IMG/VR virus record: IMGVR_UViG_2529292908_000006
Location: 1 to 12,969 of that record
Source: a virus
Taxonomy: Duplodnaviria > Heunggongvirae > Uroviricota > Caudoviricetes
Reading direction: 5' to 3' (one strand)
Length of the DNA: 12,969 nt
A model generated the notes under the pieces. It saw only the letters and a list, made by a program, of their open reading frames with translations, did no database searches and was not told the DNA's origin. Of the stretch, positions 7,229-12,969 are shown piece by piece; position 1 is the first letter of the stretch, and each line of letters begins with the position of its first letter. Made by a program: the position numbers and the translations under genes.

Positions 7229-7402
7229 ATGAAAGCGTATTGGGACTCTTTAACCAAAGAACAGCAGGGCGAGTTGGCCGGAAAAGTTGGCTCAACACCT
7301 GGCTACTTACGGCTGGTTTTCAATGGCTATAAAAAGCCAGTTTTGTGCTGGCTAAAAAACTTGAGCAATGCACGTCAGGTGCAATTACGAAATCTGACTT
7401 AA
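7229..7402 (+). CDS. Cro-like small regulator, 57 aa
   Basis: ATG 7229 with GGAGG 10 nt upstream; divergent from cI across the operators. Called by position and size; the sequence (MKAYWDSLTKEQQGELAGKVGSTPGYLRLVFNGYKK) is only loosely HTH-like. Confidence 0.55.
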   Translation: MKAYWDSLTKEQQGELAGKVGSTPGYLRLVFNGYKKPVLCWLKNLSNARQVQLRNLT

Positions 7403-8118
7403 GACCGGATAACCGCAATGCGTCGAATGTTTATCAGCTTAACGTTGCGAAGCTTCAGGCAGCGGCATTTTCTCAACTGTCAGATTCTGACCCGTCAAAA
7501 TCTGACGCATCAAAATCTGACCCGTCAAAATTTGATGCGTCGAAATCTGGCAAAAAAGCGGGTTTTCACCCGTCAGAATCTGGCGGGGATCCGTCAGTAA
7601 AATCAAAACATGATCCATCAGATAAAAAACCTTCTCGTCCGGACGCTTCGCAACCGGACACGCAGATGGATGAACAGGATTTTTTAACTCGCCATCCTGA
7701 TGCGGTTGTATTCAGCCCTAAAAAGCGCCAGTGGGGAACGCAGGATGATTTGACCTGCGCACAGTGGCTCTGGAAAAAAATCATCGCCCTGTACGAGCAG
7801 GCCGCCGAATGTGACGGCGAGGTGGTTCGTCCCAAAGAACCTAACTGGACAGCCTGGGCAAACGAAATTCGCCTGATGTGTGTGCAGGATGGTCGTACTC
7901 ACAAACAAATCTGCGAGATGTACAGCCGCGTCAGCCGCGATCCGTTCTGGTGCCGTAACGTGCTCAGCCCGTCGAAGTTGCGGGAAAAATGGGATGAGCT
8001 TTCCCTGCGCTTATCGCCGTCCGTCAGCACGCACACAGAAAAACGTGAAGACCCGTACTTCAAAGCCAGTTACGACAATGTGGACTACAGCCAGATCCCG
8101 GCAGGATTCAGGGGGTGA
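7345..8118 (+). CDS. O-like replication initiation protein carrying ori iterons in its 5' part (start uncertain: GTG 7345 or ATG 7666)
   Basis: Position right after cro. Its 5' third encodes a pentapeptide-repeat tract (PSKSD ASKSD PSKFD ASKSG) from 15-bp direct repeats. I recall CPS-53 yfdO being annotated as a defective replication protein O. The GTG 7345 start overlaps cro by 58 nt with a weak SD, so the true start is unresolved. Confidence 0.5.
   Translation: MLAKKLEQCTSGAITKSDLRPDNRNASNVYQLNVAKLQAAAFSQLSDSDPSKSDASKSDPSKFDASKSGKKAGFHPSESGGDPSVKSKHDPSDKKPSRPDASQPDTQMDEQDFLTRHPDAVVFSPKKRQWGTQDDLTCAQWLWKKIIALYEQAAECDGEVVRPKEPNWTAWANEIRLMCVQDGRTHKQICEMYSRVSRDPFWCRNVLSPSKLREKWDELSLRLSPSVSTHTEKREDPYFKASYDNVDYSQIPAGFRG
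7481..7587. repeat. iteron array, about six 15-bp direct repeats (TCARAATCTGRNNNG); putative prophage replication origin
   Basis: cagattctgacccg / tcaaaatctgacgca / tcaaaatctgacccg / tcaaaatttgatgcg / tcgaaatctggcaaa / (gap) / tcagaatctggcggg. Lambdoid origins lie inside the O gene as iterons. Confidence 0.6.
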
Positions 8119-8120
8119 TT

Positions 8121-8456
8121 ATGAGTCTTTTGAATGAAGTTCAGAAATTCATTGAAGCCCATCCGGGGTGTACTTCCGGAGACATTGCGGATGCTTTTGC
8201 AGGTTACTCACGGCAGCGCGTTCTGCAGTCAGCAAGCAAGTTACGTCAGAGTGGGCGTGTGGCTCACCGTTGTGAAGGAGATACACGCAGACATTTCCCG
8301 CGCCTGACTGAGAGAGCGCAGGAGGCGGAACCGCAACCAGTTCGTGAAACCAGACCTGTGCGCAATTTCTATGTCGGCACTAACGACCCGCGGGAGATTT
8401 TGTGCCTGACCCGCCAGGCGGAAGAACTGGAGTCCAGGGGCTTATACCCGTGGTAA
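8121..8456 (+). CDS. hypothetical protein, 111 aa, immediately after the O-like gene; possibly altered at a deletion junction
   Basis: ATG 8121 with SD GGGGGTGA; start is 2 nt after the O-like stop (8116-8118). No family recognised. Its 3' end overlaps the open frame of the tail-fibre fragment (open from 8410). Confidence 0.45.
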   Translation: MSLLNEVQKFIEAHPGCTSGDIADAFAGYSRQRVLQSASKLRQSGRVAHRCEGDTRRHFPRLTERAQEAEPQPVRETRPVRNFYVGTNDPREILCLTRQAEELESRGLYPW

Positions 8457-8505
8457 CCCCCAGACCGGCACACCTGCCACCGATCTGGATGATGACTACT
8501 TTGAT

Positions 8506-8967
8506 ATGTTGCAGGAGGAGCTTTGCAGCGTGGTGGAGGCATCCGGTGCCAGCCTGGAGAAGGGGCGAAACGACCAGTTGCTTACCGCGCTTCGTGCTCT
8601 GCTGTTAAGCCGCAAGAATCCGTTTGGTGATATCAAATCGGATGGCACGGTGAAAACGGCTCTCGAAAACCTTGGTTTGGGAGAAGGTGCTAACTGGGTT
8701 ATGTTACCTGGAGGAATGATAATTCAGCGTGTTTATCTTGGATTTCCTATTGGCACCAATGTAAGACACATAACTTTCCCCCGGTCGTTTACAACAACGA
8801 ACTATTCCATCTCAATTAACTGGAATGATATCGGTACTGTAACAACTGAAACACAATCGCCAGCAAATGTGGCGGTTGTTCATCAAACAAAATCATTAAC
8901 AGGGGCCAGCATCTGGCAGGCAGGTCCCGGAGGATTTAATGTGGACATTATAGCGGTGGGGTATTGA
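8506..8967 (+). CDS. tail fibre protein, 3'-terminal fragment (end of constant region plus variable domain Sv); 5' bulk of the gene is missing
   Basis: Frame is open from 8410 but the first ATG is 8506. Sequence ([29 protein letters not shown] then a variable C-terminus) is typical of Mu/P1/e14-type tail fibres at the constant/variable junction. The crossover site lies within it (8660-8685). Under 100 codons of constant region remain. Confidence 0.65.
   Translation: MLQEELCSVVEASGASLEKGRNDQLLTALRALLLSRKNPFGDIKSDGTVKTALENLGLGEGANWVMLPGGMIIQRVYLGFPIGTNVRHITFPRSFTTTNYSISINWNDIGTVTTETQSPANVAVVHQTKSLTGASIWQAGPGGFNVDIIAVGY
8660..8685. promoter_or_regulatory. left crossover site of the invertible segment (Hin/Gin/Pin-family 26-bp site)
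   Basis: CTCTCGAAAACC-TT-GGTTTGGGAGAA: 12-bp half-sites around a central TT, fitting the family pattern AAACC-NN-GGTTT. Inner half plus flank (TTGGTTTGGGAGAAGGTGCT) is repeated in inverted orientation at 10400-10419. Confidence 0.7.
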
Positions 8968-8968
8968 T

Positions 8969-9397
8969 ATGTACGTATGGAGCGCTAAAGCAAATGGCTT
9001 TTTCCCCATATCGGAGAAAGAAAAATTTGAGGCATCAGGTCTGTGGCCTGATGATGGTGTAATAGTCAGTGAGGAAGAACATAAAAAGTTATTTATGGAT
9101 ATTCCACCAGGAAAACAGATTGGAACACTGAATGGAAAACCAGCACTGATAGATATTCCTCAGCCGACCAAAAAGGAATTAATAGCTATTGCTGAAGTTA
9201 AAAAATCCCAATTACGGGAAAAAGCTGACAGTGAAATATCCTGGCGTCAGGATGCTGTTGATGCTGATATCGCAACTGATGAAGAAGCTACAACTCTCAC
9301 CCAATGGAAGAAATACCGTGTGCTGCTGATGCGTGTTGATACGTCAACAGCACCCGATATTGAATGGCCTACGCCTCCGGCAGTTCAGGCCAGATGA
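8969..9397 (+). CDS. tail fibre assembly protein (Tfa), cassette 1, 142 aa
   Basis: Starts 2 nt after the Sv stop; conserved Tfa C-terminal motif (VDTSTAPDIEWPTPP). Typical Sv-Tfa pairing. Confidence 0.75.
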   Translation: MYVWSAKANGFFPISEKEKFEASGLWPDDGVIVSEEEHKKLFMDIPPGKQIGTLNGKPALIDIPQPTKKELIAIAEVKKSQLREKADSEISWRQDAVDADIATDEEATTLTQWKKYRVLLMRVDTSTAPDIEWPTPPAVQAR

Positions 9398-9965
9398 CAT
9401 CCGGCGCGGTGCTGGTATCTGTTGCCGTCACCGCGTCAATGTAATCCAGCACGGCGTTAAGTCGGGTTGTTTCTGCCTGAGTCAGTTTCCGTCCGGCCTG
9501 TAATTTCAGCTGAATCAGACTAATGGAAGCCATTGTTGCATCAATCAGTGACTGGCGCTGTGCTTCTGCCGCGTCTACTGCGGCACTGTGTTGTGCCTCA
9601 GTGTCTGTCACCCATTTCTCACCATCCCATTTATCGTATGGCGTTAACGGTGAAATCGTGACATAACCGTCTTTGATGGCACCGATATAATCCACTGTAA
9701 CAGCTGCGCCATTTTCGATTGAGTAAACAGTCTCATTGCGATGGTCTTCTTCATAGCTCCATCCCTTACCTGTAAATACTGCCACTCTTCCCGGAATGTT
9801 TTCGCCAGGGTCAATACCAGTGGAACAGGCGGGCATACTTACACCAGTATTAATATATTCATCAGACCAGCCCGTATATTCATACGTTACTGCATCATAA
9901 TAAAAACAACGCATATCGCCCGGCACTGTAGCCAGTCCATTTTCATCAAAAATTGGGGTCATCAT
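9369..9965 (-). CDS. tail fibre assembly protein (Tfa'), cassette 2, 198 aa, inverted orientation
   Basis: ATG 9965..9963 overlaps the Sv' stop (ATGA). C-terminal motif (TSTAPDVIWPELPEA) parallels Tfa. 3' end overlaps the convergent Tfa gene by 29 bp. Confidence 0.75.
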   Translation of the reverse strand: MMTPIFDENGLATVPGDMRCFYYDAVTYEYTGWSDEYINTGVSMPACSTGIDPGENIPGRVAVFTGKGWSYEEDHRNETVYSIENGAAVTVDYIGAIKDGYVTISPLTPYDKWDGEKWVTDTEAQHSAAVDAAEAQRQSLIDATMASISLIQLKLQAGRKLTQAETTRLNAVLDYIDAVTATDTSTAPDVIWPELPEA

Positions 9966-10417
9966 TTAGCCCTCACCAGAAAGTTAAATGCAATATTTCG
10001 CGGTCTGACAGCAACAAAATTAACACCATCTCCTACTGAGTTACTGGTGTACTGAAATCGAGAGAAACCTGGCTGGTGTGCTGATATTCCATCGTAATCA
10101 GCAATCGCATGGCCGGACCCTTCTGGATAATTACCGCCAAATTGCGATAAAGATGTTGCTGCCTGCCAGCTTAATAATGCTCGCCCACTGTCCGCCCCTC
10201 GCCCATCATCCCAGATACGAATGAAATCACCGCGGGCTTCAGGTAATACCAGCGAAGGAAACACTTTTGCCAGCACAGGGTAATCAGTGGCAGAGAATTT
10301 CGCGCCGTTGAACTTCAAAAACACCATGCCGGACCAGCTTTCGATTACGGTATCTGGCATTGCGGCGGACGGCCAGAAGAACGGAACGCCAATAGCTGGA
10401 GCACCTTCTCCCAAACC
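9962..10417 (-). CDS. alternative tail fibre C-terminal variable domain (Sv'), silent in this orientation
   Basis: Sequence (GVPFFWPSAAMPDTVIESW ... GDFIRIWDDGRGADSGR ... NIAFNFLVRAK) is typical of Mu/P1/e14-type tail fibre C-termini. Reads into the right crossover site; shares the LGLGEG junction codons with the plus-strand fibre. The ORF track's extension to 10459 is just the spacer before pin read in frame. Confidence 0.7.
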   Translation of the reverse strand, partial: GLGEGAPAIGVPFFWPSAAMPDTVIESWSGMVFLKFNGAKFSATDYPVLAKVFPSLVLPEARGDFIRIWDDGRGADSGRALLSWQAATSLSQFGGNYPEGSGHAIADYDGISAHQPGFSRFQYTSNSVGDGVNFVAVRPRNIAFNFLVRAK

Positions 10418-10431
10418 AACGTATATGAAAA
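10406..10431. promoter_or_regulatory. right crossover site of the invertible segment
   Basis: TTCTCCCAAACC-AA-CGTATATGAAAA. Its left half plus centre is the exact reverse complement of the left site's centre plus right half. About 55 bp upstream of the invertase start. Confidence 0.7.
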
Positions 10432-10485
10432 TGCAGAAATAACGAGCAAATGGCATCATTCCTGCTTTTACCAGGGGGATTTAAC

Positions 10486-11040
10486 ATGCTTATTGGCTAT
10501 GTACGTGTATCAACAAATGACCAGAATACCGATCTACAACGTAATGCGCTGAACTGTGCAGGATGTGAGCTGATTTTTGAAGACAAGATAAGCGGTACAA
10601 AGTCCGACAGACCAGGACTGAAAAAGCTGCTCAGGACATTATCGGCAGGTGACACGCTGGTGGTCTGGAAACTGGACCGACTGGGGCGCAGTATGCGGCA
10701 TCTTGTCGTGCTGGTGGAGGAGTTGCGCGAACGAGGTATCAACTTTCGTAGTCTGACGGATTCAATTGATACCAGTACCCCAATGGGGCGCTTTTTCTTT
10801 CATGTGATGGGTGCCCTCGCTGAAATGGAGCGTGAACTGATTGTTGAACGAACAAAAGCTGGACTGGAAGCAGCTCGCGCACAGGGACGAATTGGTGGAC
10901 GTCGCCCCAAACTTACACCAGAACAATGGGAGCAGGCCGGACGATTAATTGCAGCAGGAATTCCTCGCCAGAAGGTAGCGATCATCTATGATGTTGGTGT
11001 ATCGACACTGTATAAGATGTTTCCGGTCGGAGATAAATGA
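10486..11040 (+). CDS. pin: serine-recombinase DNA invertase of the Pin/Gin/Hin/Cin family, 184 aa
   Basis: ATG 10486 with SD GGGGGA. N-terminal catalytic motif MLIGYVRVSTNDQ ... VVWKLDRLGRS and C-terminal HTH. Closely matches e14 Pin as I recall it. Adjacent to the invertible tail-fibre segment. Confidence 0.9.
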   Translation: MLIGYVRVSTNDQNTDLQRNALNCAGCELIFEDKISGTKSDRPGLKKLLRTLSAGDTLVVWKLDRLGRSMRHLVVLVEELRERGINFRSLTDSIDTSTPMGRFFFHVMGALAEMERELIVERTKAGLEAARAQGRIGGRRPKLTPEQWEQAGRLIAAGIPRQKVAIIYDVGVSTLYKMFPVGDK

Positions 11041-11355
11041 AACCGCAGGCTCGTCGTATGCAAGAACGTGCTGCGGCTGGCTGGTGAACTTCCGATAGTG
11101 CGAGTATTGAATGATTTCCAACTGTTATCGATTTTGCGTATTTTTTGCATGAGAGGATTTTTACCTCCTCCCACCGATCCTCCATGGCTTTACGCCAGTG
11201 TCTCTGGTCTGCTATGTGCCAAAAGTAGACATTGCTGACATAAAATATATGATTTGACCAACTACAACCGAAGAATAGTCCAATACATCTTGGGTCTACA
11301 TCCAACTAGTTATAGAATCCCGAGTATACATGTTAGTTTTGGACATTCTAATCAC

Positions 11356-11775
11356 ATGAAATATTGCTACCTGATAATTTTAAGCTTGACTATTTCTTCT
11401 GCTCAGGCTGAGACATTTCCCGCCAAGCTAACCTGTAATACGGGTGAACAAATTACTCTTAAAGTTACTGGTCCAGAGCAGCGACTGATCTACACTTCTT
11501 CACTCTATGGAACATTCCATGGATATCTCGATGTATTTAAAGGGTTATCACCTGAGCGTCAATATGAGGTACTTGCCAATATTCATGGAATAGCTCGATA
11601 TAGGGACAGCCCGTTACATTTTACTCTCCTAATGAAACGAACCAATGGTGAGATGGATAATGGCTCAATTATCTATCGATATACCTACCTGAAAGACGAG
11701 CAACTGATTGATGAAGAAGGACATTGCAGTCCGATAAAAGATGGCGGATTTATTGAGGGGAGCAAAAGTTACTAA
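11356..11775 (+). CDS. hypothetical secreted protein, 139 aa, predicted SPase I signal peptide; AT-rich moron
   Basis: MKYCYLIILSLTISSAQA then ETF: Lys N-region, hydrophobic core, AQA cleavage motif, no lipobox. Mature part has two Cys. Low GC against its neighbours. Start taken at ATG 11356 (track ORF begins 11254 without signal logic); SD is weak. Confidence 0.5.
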   Translation: MKYCYLIILSLTISSAQAETFPAKLTCNTGEQITLKVTGPEQRLIYTSSLYGTFHGYLDVFKGLSPERQYEVLANIHGIARYRDSPLHFTLLMKRTNGEMDNGSIIYRYTYLKDEQLIDEEGHCSPIKDGGFIEGSKSY

Positions 11776-11908
11776 GGCCAAGCGTATAGTTATCGGTATG
11801 CTTACCGTTTGCAGACCCCACGGCGCTCAGGCAGCCCGCTCCGTGCCAATAGCAGGCATTACTATGGTCTGTTCCGTAACAGTCATTTTTACCAAAGTAT
11901 ATGGTTAG

Positions 11909-12969
<1,061 letters not shown>

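Noticed and set aside
7418-7908. ORF 7418..7600 (+, repetitive LTRQNL translation) and minus-strand ORFs 7566..7835, 7684..7908
   Set aside because: 7418..7600 is the iteron array read in another frame; the minus-strand ORFs are antisense to the O-like gene with no start signals.
7880-8608. ORFs 7880..8137 (+) and 8402..8608 (+)
   Set aside because: Alternative-frame overlaps of the O-like gene and of the junction/tail-fibre frame; Arg/Cys/Pro-rich translations, no SD.
9741-10055. Plus-strand ORF antisense to Tfa' and Sv'
   Set aside because: Lies within the inverted cassette opposite two well-supported genes; low-complexity translation.
10284-10985. Minus-strand ORFs 10284..10487, 10497..10742, 10800..10985 around pin
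   Set aside because: Antisense to the invertase gene or to Sv' in another frame; no signals.
10982-11305. Minus-strand ORFs 10982..11305 and 10986..11174 downstream of pin
   Set aside because: They overlap the pin 3' end by about 58 nt, have no SD before their first Met and lie in what looks like AT-rich intergenic DNA. Could be revisited if a transcript is seen.
11254-11355. N-terminal 34-codon extension of the secreted-protein ORF (MTNYNRRIVQY...)
   Set aside because: Starting at 11254 would bury the signal peptide internally. ATG 11356 puts a canonical signal peptide at the N-terminus.

Overview
Enterobacterial (Escherichia/Shigella-type) chromosome: proA and tRNA-Thr(CGU) thrW, followed by a cryptic lambdoid prophage remnant inserted at thrW. 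On the minus strand the remnant carries a tyrosine integrase broken by two single-base frameshifts, an excisionase, and five early genes that match CPS-53/KpLE1 yfdT-yfdS-yfdR-yfdQ-yfdP by order and size (from memory, not searched). An immunity region follows: a pL-like promoter with operator, a cI-like LexA/S24 repressor with its own terminator, divergent OR operators, a Cro-like gene, and an O-like replication gene with ~15-bp ori-type iterons. The structural genes are deleted; the early region joins directly to the 3' end of a tail-fibre gene with a complete Pin-type invertible switch (two Sv-Tfa cassettes, 26-bp crossover sites, invertase). Downstream are an AT-rich secreted-protein gene and an IS5 copy with a TTAG target site. 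The best candidate for something undescribed is the ~1 kb between the pL-like promoter and yfdP (5422-6390): a convergent, 3'-overlapping pair of small ORFs plus a GC-rich structured non-coding segment with a 19-bp hairpin, sitting where lambdoid phages carry exclusion cargo. All calls come from reading the sequence and recalled family knowledge; no searches were run.
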